Notes: generated from the sequence alone by a model not told the origin. A stretch of 64,000 nucleotides of DNA from Gemmatimonadota bacterium (GCA_039586365.1 JBDHKN010000018.1:1-64000), one strand, 5' to 3'. Positions 10,184-20,947 are shown, numbered from the stretch's first letter. Numbers and translations are program-made.

Positions 10184-11032
10184 ATGCGTTGGAAACCCCG
10201 TGGCCGGAGCGCCAATCTGGAAGACCGTCGGGGCGCCAACCTGGGTGCCCGCAGCGGAGTTCGGTTGGGACTGGGTGGCGTAGTACTACTCCTGGTATTG
10301 AGCGTCCTGTTCAAACGAGACTTCTTCACTTTGCTGGACGCTGGCAATGCCAATGCGGGGTTGCCTGCCGCGGCCGCGCCTGGCATCGATGAAGAGGAAC
10401 CAATGGTGCAATTTGTGTCGTTCGTGCTCGACGACGCCCAGGGACTTTGGGCCCGGCTGCTCCCGGAGGCTGGACTGCAGTACCGTGATGCCAAGCTCGT
10501 GCTGTTTAGGGACGTTGTTCAGTCCGCCTGCGGGTTTGCTCAAGCTGCGTCAGGCCCGTTCTATTGTCCGAGCGATCACAAAGTGTATATCGATCTCGGG
10601 TTCTACGACGAACTGCGGAATAGATTCGGCGCACCCGGCGACTTCGCCCAAGCATATGTACTCGCCCACGAGATCGGTCACCACGTGCAATCATTGCTGG
10701 GAACAGACGCTCAAGTGCGTTCGGTGCAACACTCTCGCCCGGACTTGGCCAACGAGTTTTCCGTGCGCCTCGAGCTACAGGCAGACTGCTACGCTGGGAT
10801 CTGGGCCCGTTCGACGGCGCAACGGGACATCCTCGAGCAGGGTGATATGGAAGAAGGTCTCGGGGCTGCCGCCGCAGTCGGCGACGATCGCGTCCAGCGG
10901 ATGGCCGGCCAGTATGTGAATCCCGATGCGTTCACGCACGGCTCGTCCGATCAGAGAGTCGCTTGGTTCAGACGTGGTTTCTCGACTGGTCGTATGGACG
11001 CGTGCGACACGTTCTCCGATGGGAATCCGTAG
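10184..11032 (+). CDS. YpfJ-like neutral zinc metallopeptidase
   Basis: GPFYCP, AHEIGHHVQ (HExxH), ELQADC and FTHG motifs; N-terminal TM; RBS GGAG. Confidence 0.92.
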   Translation: MRWKPRGRSANLEDRRGANLGARSGVRLGLGGVVLLLVLSVLFKRDFFTLLDAGNANAGLPAAAAPGIDEEEPMVQFVSFVLDDAQGLWARLLPEAGLQYRDAKLVLFRDVVQSACGFAQAASGPFYCPSDHKVYIDLGFYDELRNRFGAPGDFAQAYVLAHEIGHHVQSLLGTDAQVRSVQHSRPDLANEFSVRLELQADCYAGIWARSTAQRDILEQGDMEEGLGAAAAVGDDRVQRMAGQYVNPDAFTHGSSDQRVAWFRRGFSTGRMDACDTFSDGNP

Positions 11033-11437
11033 GCCGCTGAGTCGACGAAGAGCAACAACCCGGTCTCCATCTGCAACACTGTTACCATCATTTCCACCGG
11101 CCAAAACTCAGGGCTGTGAGTATTGTGGCTCGCTTCGGACCGTGGGAGTCGCCAGGTTGACAGATTCACTGAGCTGCACAGACGACGGCTGTTGTGGCAC
11201 TTCGTGCCAGCCCCTAGGCGCTGGGGTGATCGCTCTGGTCACGATGTAAGCCGTGAGGTCACTGTGCGCACTCCCGACGGCCACGGGATGCATGGCCGCA
11301 GGGAGTTAACGGTGAGCCGTGAGTGAAACTCAGCGAGCAGATTGTGTGCGTAGTGGTGGCTGTCGGCTCAGCAGGACATCTCAGCAATCTTCAGGCTGCC
11401 CTTGTCCAGGCTGATCTGCTGCACATCTTTGAGTCCC

Positions 11438-13555
11438 ATGCGAAACAAACTCCATAGCCTCGGGCCAGTACTGACAGTACCGGTCTTTGTCATACTGTTT
11501 GTGTCGTGCGGCAGTGAAGTCCTGCCCGAGAGCGGCCTATTGAGTCAATTCTCGACTCCGCACGGCCGCTGGGAGATCGATTCACTGGTGTGGGCGGAGC
11601 TCTTGAGTGCGGAGGACCAGCGTGGTGCCACCGAACAACAGCTCGAGCCCTTGCTTGTAGGTTCGCGTTCCAGCGATCCGGAGATCCGCCGGATTGCAGT
11701 GCGTGCGCTGGGCAGGCTGGAGCGACCGTCCTTGGTGACCTCCATTGTACCACTTCTGACGGACAGTGTACCGAGCGTACGTGCCGAGGCGATCAATGCG
11801 CTGGGCCAGGCAGTATTCAACGGTGGTGCTGAGCTCATCATGGCTGAACTACTCAACCGCCTGAGCGAAGAGGCGGATCCAGCTGTACGTGGTGTGCTCG
11901 CTCAGACATTGGGACGGCTCCCGTACGAAGCGAACGAGGACGTCGGGGCGGTAGAGCAAGCACTGTTCGAATCGGCGCAGACAGCTGGACCTGAGACGAT
12001 GGTTGGGGTGGCTCGCGGTCTGGAGTCCTTGTCACGGCGTAGCGGGGCTGGAGGGTACCAAACGGCAAGAACGCTGGAGTTGTTGCGTGAGCTCTCCAGC
12101 TTTGAGTCGCGAGACAAGACGGGGCTGGCGGCGTGGGTACGGCGCTTGGCGGTAGCGGCATTGGTAAGGACAGGTCGGGTCGGCAGCCAATTCCTGTCAG
12201 ACAGACTGCGAGATCCGGACTGGGGAGTGCGACGGCTAGCTGCTGAAGCAATGTTGACGTTGGATACGCTCAGTCAACGGGAGTCGTTGATCGCCAGTGC
12301 CCTGGCGGACAACTCGGCAGTGGTTAGGTATTCCGCGCTGCGAGCATACGGACGGCACCTGCAGACGACGTCCGGGTGTGATGTTGCATTTCAAGCAGCT
12401 GGCGATACCGATTCCCATGTTGCACTGCTGGCTATCGATCTGCTGGGAAGTGGTTGTGCGGCGGATGAGAATCCTGCTGACACGTTGGCTCGCATTGTGG
12501 AGGAACTCTCAGCTGTAGGACGCGATTCGTGGCATCGACCGGCTCATGCCATCGTAGCGTTGGCCAAACTGGTGCCGGACCGTGCAGCTGCTTTGCTACC
12601 AGACTTCGTAGAACACGATATCTGGTGGGTGCGGATGTACGCAGCCCGAGCTGCTACCGAAATGGAGGCTGTAGCGCAGTTGGAACAACCTGCTTTCGAC
12701 GGCCACGACAACGTGCGGGAAGCAGCCATCAGCGGGTTGGCGCAGATTGTCGGGCACGATGCCGATTCCAGTTACATCGCTCAGCTCGGCCGACCCGACT
12801 ATCAGCTGGTGATCACCGCTGCGCGCGCTCTCGAGGGGTCACCCAACCAACGCTCTGCGGTACCAGCTCTGTTGAATGCACTGGAACGGATCACCGCTGA
12901 AAGGCGAGAGACTTCGCGAGATCCGCGCCGGGTGCTGCTAATGCGACTGGAGGAGTTGGCCGGACGGCAGCAGGGCGACTATCTGGCCTCGTACCTCAGA
13001 GACTTCGATCCGACAATTGCAGCGGCAGCCGCACGCATCCTGACAGCTTGGACGGGGCGGGCCTGGAGTGCCATGCCCCAACCGCTAGCCCCACAACCTC
13101 TACCGCCATACGGTGAGCTGAGGGAGCTGGCTGAGACTCGTGCGGTGGTGGAGATGCAAGGAGGGGCAAGCTTCGAGCTCAAGTTGCTTCCGTTCGAAGC
13201 CCCGACCAATGCAGCGCGGTTCGCTCGGCTGGCCAGGGTGGGCTATTTCGACGGTCTCACGTTCCATCGAGTTGTTCCAGGGTTCGTCATTCAGGGGGGG
13301 AGTCCGGGAGCCAACGAGTATGCAGGAGACGGGCCCTACACCCGTGACGAACTGATCCTGCAGTCACATCTACGCGGCACGGTAGGTCTGTCGACACGTG
13401 GTAGAGATACGGGTGACGGTCAGATCTACGTCAACTTGGTGGACAACCCGCGACTCGACCACAGCTACACGATCTTCGCCGAGGTCGTGAGTGGGATGGA
13501 TGTGGTTGATGGAATCCTAGAGGGAGCAGTGATTGAGCGCGTGACCTGGCGTTAG
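11438..13555 (+). CDS. HEAT-repeat protein with C-terminal cyclophilin-type peptidyl-prolyl isomerase, probable lipoprotein
   Basis: FVSC lipobox-like site; HEAT repeats; FHRVVPGFVIQGG. Confidence 0.88.
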   Translation: MRNKLHSLGPVLTVPVFVILFVSCGSEVLPESGLLSQFSTPHGRWEIDSLVWAELLSAEDQRGATEQQLEPLLVGSRSSDPEIRRIAVRALGRLERPSLVTSIVPLLTDSVPSVRAEAINALGQAVFNGGAELIMAELLNRLSEEADPAVRGVLAQTLGRLPYEANEDVGAVEQALFESAQTAGPETMVGVARGLESLSRRSGAGGYQTARTLELLRELSSFESRDKTGLAAWVRRLAVAALVRTGRVGSQFLSDRLRDPDWGVRRLAAEAMLTLDTLSQRESLIASALADNSAVVRYSALRAYGRHLQTTSGCDVAFQAAGDTDSHVALLAIDLLGSGCAADENPADTLARIVEELSAVGRDSWHRPAHAIVALAKLVPDRAAALLPDFVEHDIWWVRMYAARAATEMEAVAQLEQPAFDGHDNVREAAISGLAQIVGHDADSSYIAQLGRPDYQLVITAARALEGSPNQRSAVPALLNALERITAERRETSRDPRRVLLMRLEELAGRQQGDYLASYLRDFDPTIAAAAARILTAWTGRAWSAMPQPLAPQPLPPYGELRELAETRAVVEMQGGASFELKLLPFEAPTNAARFARLARVGYFDGLTFHRVVPGFVIQGGSPGANEYAGDGPYTRDELILQSHLRGTVGLSTRGRDTGDGQIYVNLVDNPRLDHSYTIFAEVVSGMDVVDGILEGAVIERVTWR

Positions 13556-13572
13556 ATAGCTGATAGCCGCTC

Positions 13573-16269
13573 TCACTCCACCTTCAACGCCACCAACGGG
13601 TCGACTCGGCTAGCCCGTCGCGCGGGGAGGTAGCTCGCGAGCAGCGCGACTCCGATTACCAGGGCGGCAACCGTAGCAAACGTCCACGGATCCGTGGTGC
13701 TCACTTCGAACAAGAGACCCGCCATCACTCGGGTGGCGGTAAAGGCTCCCAGCAGACCGATGACTACCCCGGCCAGCGCGAGCAGGAACCCCTGGCGGAC
13801 GACCATGGTGACCACGTTGCCACTCTGCGCGCCAAGCGCCATGCGGATACCGATCTCGCCAGTTCTCTGAGAAACGGTGTGTGAGATGATTCCGTAGATG
13901 CCGATCGACCCGAGTAAGAGAGCCACTGCGGCGAACACGCCCAGCAACGTGAGTATGAAACGCGGCCGAGCCACGGCGATGCCCACGATCTCATGCATCG
14001 ACCACTGGGTGAGTATTGGTAGGTGCGGGTCCAGCTGTCGCACAGCCTCCCTGGTGACGGCAGCGACGGCGCTGGGATCACCGCTCGTACGGGCGACGAT
14101 GGAGTTTGTCCGTGTCATGAAAGGGGCCCAATCGACCAGCTGCTCATACGAGTGGTAAAAAGTAGGATGCGCGCTGTCGATCCCGTCAAACTTCACATTG
14201 CCAACGATACCCACGATCGTGTGTCTCGGCCCGTCTGTCCGAGCGAACCAGATCTGTTGGCCCAACGGGTCTTCACCCGGCCAGTACCGTTCGGCCATCC
14301 TCTCGTCGATCACGACCACAGGTTGTGTGCCGGCCTGATCGGTCGCGTCCAAAAGACGACCCCGTATGAGCGGGATTCCCATCGTTTCGAACAGTCCCTG
14401 GCCTGCTGTGACGTGGCTGGCCTGGAGACCCAGCTCTCCGGGTGTGTGGTCCGCTCTTCCCTCGATATGGAAGCGGCTCTGTGACTGATCGATTCGGAGA
14501 GGAGCTCTACTCACGATTGCGGCACTCGTCACTCCCGGAATGGCTGCAACCGTCTCCTTCAACCGCTCGAAGAACACGGTCGCTTCCTCGGGCGTGTAGT
14601 CGGTGCCGGGCAGGGATAGCGACGTGAAGAGCAGTTGCTCTGTCTCAAATCCGAGGTCTTCTCGCATCAGGTTCCAGAAGCTCTTTGCCATGAGTCCGGC
14701 ACCTACCACCAAGAGGATGGCAACGGCTATCTCGGACACGATTAGAGCGCTCCTCAGCCGTATGCGCCCGCGATTGGCTGTCTGACTCCGGCTCCCGTCC
14801 TTGAATGCGGCGGTGAGGTCTGCAGTGACCTCCCGGAGCGCCGGTGCCAACCCGAACACCAGGGCCGTGAGGACAATTATGACCGCACTGAAAGCCAGTA
14901 CGCGGCCATCGAGTCCGATCTCGTCGACGCGGGGAATGGTCCCGGTCTGAAGGCTGAGGAGTGCATCGACTCCCAATCCAGACAGGGCGAGGCCGATGGT
15001 ACCGCCGATCGCTGCCAACACGAGACTCTCGGTGAGTAGCTGCTGCAGTATGCGTCTTCTCCCGGCACCTAACGCGCTGCGAACCGCAATCTCCCGTCGC
15101 CGAGCCTCGCCGCGAGCTAACAACAGGTTCGCCACGTTGGCGCACGCGATGAGCAGGACGAAACCAACCGCTCCCAGAAGCAATATGAGCGCCGTCCGCA
15201 CGTGTCCCACCGTCTCGTCCAGGAGGGGCAGCATCCAGAGGCCGTGACCGACATGGTGGTCCGGATAGTCCACGGCCCACCGGTCCATCATCACCTTCAT
15301 TTCGGCATCGGCTTGTTCGAAGCTCACTCCCGGTGCCAACCGGGAGATCATGTGGAACCAATGCCCCCCCCGCCAGGTGCGGTCAGGATCCAGCGGCAGC
15401 GGAGCCCAAAGCTCTACGCGGGGGTCTGGAAACGCGTAGCCAGGAGGCATGACGCCGACCACCTCGCCCCGCGCAGTCTCTTCGGCAACCTCGATGCCCA
15501 CATCGATTGTGCGCCCGATGATTGTGGAATCACCTCCAAAACGTCTCCGCCACAGGTCGTACCCCAGCACGTAAACCGGTAGGGGCTCCGGGCCGCCGTC
15601 ACCCTCGACCAAAGTGCGTCCTAGCAACGGTGGCGTGCGCAGGACCGTGAACATGCTGGGCGAGACGAGGCCACCCACTACTACCTCGGGGTCGCCGTCA
15701 CCTTCTGATATGTTGACCCACTCAGTAGAGACTGCGGCCACTGACTGCATGCTGCTGTTCTGCTCGATGTAGTCGAAGTACTCGGGAGATCCCACCGCGT
15801 ACTTGGTAAAGTCCATCCCGCTTTCGGGAGAGAAGTAGGTGTAGATCGCAACGAGGTCATCCGGCTCGTCGTATGGCAGTGGCTGGAGCAGCACGCCGCT
15901 CACAACGCTGAAGATCGCGGTCGTGGCTCCGATCCCTATTGCGAGCGTAAGGACGGCCACAACCGTGAATGTGGGTGCCTTGACCAGGCCGCGTATGGTG
16001 TGGCGTACGTCCTGGCCGAGGTTGAGCATGAATCCTGTCCCCCGGGGGTTTCGCGCCTCGCGGATGCGCACCGCTTGGCACTTGGCCGCGATATCGTCTG
16101 GATCGCCGAACGCTTCCCTCGCTGCGCGCCGTGCTTCTTCCACGTCCACTCCCTGATCCATGAACTCGCGTGCCCGCATCTCAAGGTAAGCCTCGATGTC
16201 TTCCCTAATTCCGGAGTCGGACTTCCAGGATTTCTTTGCCTGATCGGCAGTGCGCCAGAAGAGCTTCAT
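13573..16269 (-). CDS. ADOP-type duplicated MacB/FtsX ABC permease
   Basis: TLAIGIGATTAIFSVV, LLIACANVANLLL and EIGIRMALGA motifs; PadR gene directly upstream. Confidence 0.92.
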   Translation of the reverse strand: MKLFWRTADQAKKSWKSDSGIREDIEAYLEMRAREFMDQGVDVEEARRAAREAFGDPDDIAAKCQAVRIREARNPRGTGFMLNLGQDVRHTIRGLVKAPTFTVVAVLTLAIGIGATTAIFSVVSGVLLQPLPYDEPDDLVAIYTYFSPESGMDFTKYAVGSPEYFDYIEQNSSMQSVAAVSTEWVNISEGDGDPEVVVGGLVSPSMFTVLRTPPLLGRTLVEGDGGPEPLPVYVLGYDLWRRRFGGDSTIIGRTIDVGIEVAEETARGEVVGVMPPGYAFPDPRVELWAPLPLDPDRTWRGGHWFHMISRLAPGVSFEQADAEMKVMMDRWAVDYPDHHVGHGLWMLPLLDETVGHVRTALILLLGAVGFVLLIACANVANLLLARGEARRREIAVRSALGAGRRRILQQLLTESLVLAAIGGTIGLALSGLGVDALLSLQTGTIPRVDEIGLDGRVLAFSAVIIVLTALVFGLAPALREVTADLTAAFKDGSRSQTANRGRIRLRSALIVSEIAVAILLVVGAGLMAKSFWNLMREDLGFETEQLLFTSLSLPGTDYTPEEATVFFERLKETVAAIPGVTSAAIVSRAPLRIDQSQSRFHIEGRADHTPGELGLQASHVTAGQGLFETMGIPLIRGRLLDATDQAGTQPVVVIDERMAERYWPGEDPLGQQIWFARTDGPRHTIVGIVGNVKFDGIDSAHPTFYHSYEQLVDWAPFMTRTNSIVARTSGDPSAVAAVTREAVRQLDPHLPILTQWSMHEIVGIAVARPRFILTLLGVFAAVALLLGSIGIYGIISHTVSQRTGEIGIRMALGAQSGNVVTMVVRQGFLLALAGVVIGLLGAFTATRVMAGLLFEVSTTDPWTFATVAALVIGVALLASYLPARRASRVDPLVALKVE

Positions 16270-16272
16270 TGT

Positions 16273-16602
16273 TCAGCCCAGAGCCTTGAGAACGCTGAGT
16301 ACCGCCTCTGAGTGTTCCGTCAGCCGCACCACCTCGGCCTGCAAATGCTCCCGACCGCGCTGCGTGAGCTTGTAGAACCTGGCCCTGCGGTTGGTTTCGG
16401 TGGTGCCCCACTTGGCAGAGACCCAGCCGCGCTTCTCGAGACGGTGGAGCGCGGGGTACAGCACACCCTCTTGAACGCTCAGTACTTCAGCACTGGTGCG
16501 TCTGATCCAAAGACCTATTGCGTATCCGTGAAGTGGGCCGTTGGTGAGTGCCTTCAAGACCAACACGTCGAGCGTGCCTGTGTAGAGATCACTGCCAGCC
16601 AT
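16273..16602 (-). CDS. PadR-family transcriptional regulator
   Basis: LHGYAI, LYPALHRLE, RRARFYKLT. Confidence 0.93.
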   Translation of the reverse strand: MAGSDLYTGTLDVLVLKALTNGPLHGYAIGLWIRRTSAEVLSVQEGVLYPALHRLEKRGWVSAKWGTTETNRRARFYKLTQRGREHLQAEVVRLTEHSEAVLSVLKALG

Positions 16603-16615
16603 CGGTGGCCAATCC

Positions 16616-16632
16616 TATGTATATTTGACATA
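16616..16632. promoter_or_regulatory. Putative PadR operator, TATGT-N7-ACATA
   Basis: Perfect inverted repeat in an AT-rich patch 13 nt upstream of the padR start. Confidence 0.55.
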
Positions 16633-16743
16633 CGTATCATAAGCACCTATACCTTAGTGAACAAGGGGTAGGGGAAGCGTTGAACGTTGGACGCTGAATT
16701 CCGCATGTTCGATGTCGGCGTTCGACTGTCTTGGGGTGGAAGC

Positions 16744-17697
16744 ATGCCAGTCAAAGATGTCGACTACGCTCTCTCCATCAGCGGCCTGACCAAGTCGTAC
16801 GGCGACCTGGTTGCGGTCAACGATCTCTCCATCGACGTACATCGCGGGGAAGTCCTCGGCTTCCTGGGTCCGAATGGCGCAGGAAAGACCACCACGGTAG
16901 GTGTGATCTGCGGGTTGCTAGCTGCTGAAGCCGGTGAAATCACGGTCCACGGCCACTCACTCTCCCATGAATACGCACACTGCAAGCAGCTGATAGGCCT
17001 CTGCCCCCAGGATGTCGTCATCTGGGAGGCGCTGACCTGCATGGAGCAGCTGACCTGTGTAGGCCGGCTCTATGACCTGGATGCTAGAGCGGCCCGCTCG
17101 AGAGCCCAAGAGTTGCTGGAGAGCCTGGGGCTCAGCGACCGGCGAGACCGGCTCGCCGGGACGCTGTCCGGCGGTATGAAGCGCCGTCTGAATATTGCGC
17201 TCGCACTGGTGCACCGGCCGCGCGTGCTGATCCTGGACGAGCCGCAAGCGGGGCTCGATCCACAGAGCCGAGTACTCGTGCGGGAGTACGTTGGTGCACT
17301 CAGTGACACGACCGTGATCCTGACAACCCACGACATGGATGAGGCCGACCGCATGTCCGATCGTGTGGCGATCATCGATCACGGACGGCTGTTGGTGCTG
17401 GACACGCCCGACAACCTGAAGGGCAGTGTGGGTCCGGGCGACGTTCTCGAGTTCCGAGTGGCAAAGGGGCAAGACGAGAAGATGGAACGGCTCAGAAAGG
17501 ACTTGCCCGACGGTGTCACAGACAAGGGGCTGGAGGGTCAGGTGCTCCGTCTGGTGGGCGGTGACTTGCTGAACCTACTCCCCGTGTTGCTAGAGAGGTT
17601 CGAGCACCGTGGGGTGGCGGTCGAAGACACGGTCATTCGCAAGGCGTCATTGGAGGACGTGTTTATCGGCATGACTGGAAGGAGGTTGCGGCAGTGA
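16744..17697 (+). CDS. ABC-2 exporter ATP-binding protein
   Basis: GPNGAGKT, LSGGMKRR, ILDEP, TTH; start at ATG 16744 preferred. Confidence 0.93.
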   Translation: MPVKDVDYALSISGLTKSYGDLVAVNDLSIDVHRGEVLGFLGPNGAGKTTTVGVICGLLAAEAGEITVHGHSLSHEYAHCKQLIGLCPQDVVIWEALTCMEQLTCVGRLYDLDARAARSRAQELLESLGLSDRRDRLAGTLSGGMKRRLNIALALVHRPRVLILDEPQAGLDPQSRVLVREYVGALSDTTVILTTHDMDEADRMSDRVAIIDHGRLLVLDTPDNLKGSVGPGDVLEFRVAKGQDEKMERLRKDLPDGVTDKGLEGQVLRLVGGDLLNLLPVLLERFEHRGVAVEDTVIRKASLEDVFIGMTGRRLRQ

Positions 17698-18836
17698 GAT
17701 TGGGCGCTCTGCTCAGGAAGACGATGATCGAGAACTTCCGGGATTGGAAGATGCTCGTGATGACGCTGAGCTTTGCGCCCTTCTTCGTCGTGCTGATGTA
17801 CTTCTACTTCGAGGGTGCAACGACATCCTACAGAATTACCGTCGTAAACCGGGATCAGGGCGCGGTAGCGCAGGAGCTGATCAAGCGGTTCGAAGAGGTC
17901 GAATCTGGGGAGGGGACCACCGTTCTACGGGTGGCCGAGGAAGGAGACCTCGCAGCGGCCCAGGAACGTATCAGGGATAGGTCGGCCGATCTCGTGGTCG
18001 AGATACCCGAGGGGTTTTCCAACGCCTTGCTGCATTATTCCGAGGGCAGGGAGGGTCCGCCGCTCGTGGTCAGAACATACGGTGATCCGGCGAACGTCAA
18101 GTACATGATGGCGGCAGCCTTCTGCGACTACCTGACGTACGAGTACGCTGCACTTATCACTGGAGAGACAGGCCCCATGGTGCTGGAGCCTGTTAGCCTC
18201 GGAGGTGTGGACGCACCGGACGAGTTCGATCTCTATGTGCCCGGACTCCTGGCCCTAGCCCTGATGATGTTGATGTTCACCGCCGCTGGCACGGTTATCA
18301 AGGAGAAGGACAAGGGAACCCTGCTCCGCCTGCGTATCTCGAACATGAGCACTGCGGAGTGGCTGGCCGCCGTCAGCATTACACAGGTTACGATAGGGCT
18401 GCTAGCCGTTGCGTTGACGTACCTGACCGCGTGGAGCCTCGGCTACCGGATGTCAGGTTCGCTGTTCGACGTGGCAGTGGTCACCGTTCTTTCGAGCATG
18501 GCCATCGTTGGCATCAGCATGATCGTCGCGGCATCGCTGAGAACTATATTCGACTTGGTCACCATCGGCACTTTCCCGTTCTTCATTCTGATGTTCTTCT
18601 CGGGCGGCATGTTCCCGATACCAGATGTGCAGCTGTTCGCCCTCGGGGTAAGGACAATCAACGCGAACGACGTCCTCCCCACGACACACTCCATCGCAGC
18701 CTATGACAGGATCATGAACACGGGAGGTGGTCTGGGCGACGTCGCCATTGAGTTGGCCGCCATCGTGTTGCTGTCCGTGGTGTTCTTTGCGGTTGGCACC
18801 TGGGCGTTCACGAGGCGTCATATGGTAGCAAGGTGA
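17694..18836 (+). CDS. ABC-2 exporter permease
   Basis: GTGA overlap with the ATPase; N-terminal TM, periplasmic loop, EKDKGTL, further TM helices. Confidence 0.9.
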   Translation: MRLGALLRKTMIENFRDWKMLVMTLSFAPFFVVLMYFYFEGATTSYRITVVNRDQGAVAQELIKRFEEVESGEGTTVLRVAEEGDLAAAQERIRDRSADLVVEIPEGFSNALLHYSEGREGPPLVVRTYGDPANVKYMMAAAFCDYLTYEYAALITGETGPMVLEPVSLGGVDAPDEFDLYVPGLLALALMMLMFTAAGTVIKEKDKGTLLRLRISNMSTAEWLAAVSITQVTIGLLAVALTYLTAWSLGYRMSGSLFDVAVVTVLSSMAIVGISMIVAASLRTIFDLVTIGTFPFFILMFFSGGMFPIPDVQLFALGVRTINANDVLPTTHSIAAYDRIMNTGGGLGDVAIELAAIVLLSVVFFAVGTWAFTRRHMVAR

Positions 18837-18866
18837 TTGACAGCCCTACGAGGAGAAGCTATCGCT

Positions 18867-18894
18867 CCGCTCCCCGCTCTCCGCTCTCCGCTCC
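18867..18894. repeat. Heptamer tandem repeat (CCGCTCY)4
   Basis: Four units abutting the stop codon of the minus-strand gene at 18895. Confidence 0.75.
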
Positions 18895-20154
18895 CTAGAA
18901 ATACACCCGTCCCCTCAGGAACCCACCTTGGCTCCCGCTACCGTACTCGGTCCCGTCCGGGCCGATTGAGAATACCAGGTTCACTAGAAGGTCCACGTTC
19001 TCGGCAAACGCGTAGCTGACGGCCGGGATCAGCGCTGCGCTGCCGTCGCCCAGGTTGGCAATTGCCGATGCGGCCACCGTCCACAAGTCGCCAACGGGCT
19101 TGGTTGCGAGACCGTAAACCGTTGCCTTCCCTAGTGTCCTGCCGTCGCCGTAGATGCGGGCGAGCCACAGTTGCCTGGAGTAGGGCTCGCCCCACTCACC
19201 GCGGCCGTTGTAGTAGCCCTCCACTAGCAGCAGGGTCCCGTTCGACAGGGTGTAGTTGCCGCCCAACGTCATCTCGACCCATGTCTCGTCGGCGCGTTCA
19301 GACCAGGTACCCTCGGCCCACACACCGAGACCCAACAACTCCCCGGTAACGTCTCCGCCTATTGTGTGGCGCTGTTCCAGAACAGGCTGTGGCAGGTCTA
19401 TGTCGGCTGGTGCCGGGCGCTCGTGGATCTCAGCGACCAGTGCCGAGATGTCGAAGCCACTCAAGTGGTGCCGTGCGCGCAGCACCTTCGCGCTGGTCTC
19501 AAATCCGCCTTCCGGTGCGTACGCGACCATTACGTTGCTCAGAGGCCCGAGTGGCAGTCTCACGGAGAGCGCACCCACTCCTTCGCGCTCGTAGGTCGGC
19601 TCGAACACGTCTTTGGGTCGGAACAGCTCGGTTGGGTTGAATGCCCACGCCGCTCCCCACGTGAGGTACTGCTTGCCGGCAGTGATCTCGAACGGGTGGG
19701 GTCTGATCGTGAAGTACGCGTGGTTCAGGAAATGGCGGTTCTCCAGCTCCACAAACGCGCTATCGGGCACCGGGAAGTAGTCCGGTAACGCGTCGCTCAG
19801 GAAGACACGGGTGTTGCCCCGATAGAGCTGCCACACGACAGCCGCCGAGGCGCTAGTCGAGCGGCCGGCCCGAGCGGTCACGTCGGCACGGAAACGATCG
19901 TAGTCGAGTTGTGTCCAGCGGTCTCCTCTGTAGCCGACGCTGAACTGGTGTTCCCAGTAGCCGGTGAGGCGGGCAGCGGTCTGTCCCGTGAGTGCGCTTG
20001 GTATGATGGCGAACATCGAACTGCAGACGATGGCAAGCAGTGTGATCGATGAACGACGATTGACGATTGACGATTGATGATTGACGATTGATGACTGGCG
20101 ACTGACGAGCGACGACTGACGATTGGCGATTAGACAAACGATTGTGCCGAGCAT
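18895..20154 (-). CDS. Putative outer-membrane beta-barrel protein of the Lol-like operon
   Basis: GKQYLTWG...FNPTE motif, amphipathic strands, C-terminal RVYF; last gene of the operon. Confidence 0.7.
   Translation of the reverse strand: MLGTIVCLIANRQSSLVSRQSSIVNHQSSIVNRRSSITLLAIVCSSMFAIIPSALTGQTAARLTGYWEHQFSVGYRGDRWTQLDYDRFRADVTARAGRSTSASAAVVWQLYRGNTRVFLSDALPDYFPVPDSAFVELENRHFLNHAYFTIRPHPFEITAGKQYLTWGAAWAFNPTELFRPKDVFEPTYEREGVGALSVRLPLGPLSNVMVAYAPEGGFETSAKVLRARHHLSGFDISALVAEIHERPAPADIDLPQPVLEQRHTIGGDVTGELLGLGVWAEGTWSERADETWVEMTLGGNYTLSNGTLLLVEGYYNGRGEWGEPYSRQLWLARIYGDGRTLGKATVYGLATKPVGDLWTVAASAIANLGDGSAALIPAVSYAFAENVDLLVNLVFSIGPDGTEYGSGSQGGFLRGRVYF
20048..20131. repeat. Degenerate heptamer array (GACGATT)12 inside the 5' end of the OM protein gene
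   Basis: 12 units, 84 nt, encoding repeated QSSIVN-like peptides. Confidence 0.85.
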
Positions 20155-20158
20155 CTGA

Positions 20159-20947
20159 TCAGAATCCGCTCTCCAGGTAACTCACCGTGAAGACTTCCTG
20201 CGGCACATTGACGTTGAAATCCATCTCCAGGATCTGGAGTGTCGTTCGGGTATCGGTCTGAAGCTCGTTGTTCATCTCGATTGCGAACGGATACCAGCGT
20301 CTGCCCACTTGCCGTACGTCGCCGAACGTTGCGGTCTTCAGGAGCTTACCACTCTTGGCAAAGAGCTCCTCTTTGAGAGGTATCCACCTCTCGCTGTCGA
20401 TCCAGATCCGCCTGTGCTGGTAGCTCAGGTCGTCACGTTTCGCCGTCAGATAGAGCACGTACGTGGGACGACCAGCGAGATCCACTTCACTTTCGATAGT
20501 GGCGTCGTAGTCCTCGACCATGCTGGGGTTCTCGCTGGCGTCCCCATATGAAAAGTCGCTGCCCATTATTCCCTGACGTAGCATGTGACCTTGTATGCGC
20601 ACGCTCTTGCCGACTCTGGGCAAGAAGATCCACATGGCGTCTCCGCGACGCAGGAACCTGCTGCCGGCGTCCCGCGCGGGAGCAGTGAATTCGAGGAACG
20701 AGCGGTCAGTGCCCTCGGCCCAGGCCTCGTACAGCATGTTGCGCACGTCACCGTCACGATAGGTGATAGTCATCTGCGCCTTGGTGCGGGCGGTTCTGAC
20801 CGTCATGTTTGCATCGACACGCTCCAGAATGTCACGAGGCGAGATCTCTTGAGCGGTCGCGACAGTACCCACTGGGGTGAGCAGCAGTCCGATGAGGATG
20901 GCACCTAATACGGCGCTGGTATCGTGGTGCGGTCGTGTTCGTCTCAT
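20159..20947 (-). CDS. Outer-membrane lipoprotein-sorting (LolA-like) protein
   Basis: Signal peptide; MGSDFSYGD and SGKLLK motifs; ATGA overlap with the upstream permease. Confidence 0.85.
   Translation of the reverse strand: MRRTRPHHDTSAVLGAILIGLLLTPVGTVATAQEISPRDILERVDANMTVRTARTKAQMTITYRDGDVRNMLYEAWAEGTDRSFLEFTAPARDAGSRFLRRGDAMWIFLPRVGKSVRIQGHMLRQGIMGSDFSYGDASENPSMVEDYDATIESEVDLAGRPTYVLYLTAKRDDLSYQHRRIWIDSERWIPLKEELFAKSGKLLKTATFGDVRQVGRRWYPFAIEMNNELQTDTRTTLQILEMDFNVNVPQEVFTVSYLESGF

Noticed and set aside
11033..11437. Structured ncRNA or small gene in the 400-nt intergenic gap
   Set aside because: Only short complementary patches (GGGAGT/ACTCCC); no recognisable RNA family or convincing ORF
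15364..15371. C8 run in the first duplicated permease as a phase-variation site
   Set aside because: Frame is intact (Arg-Gly-Gly codons) and nothing else supports slippage
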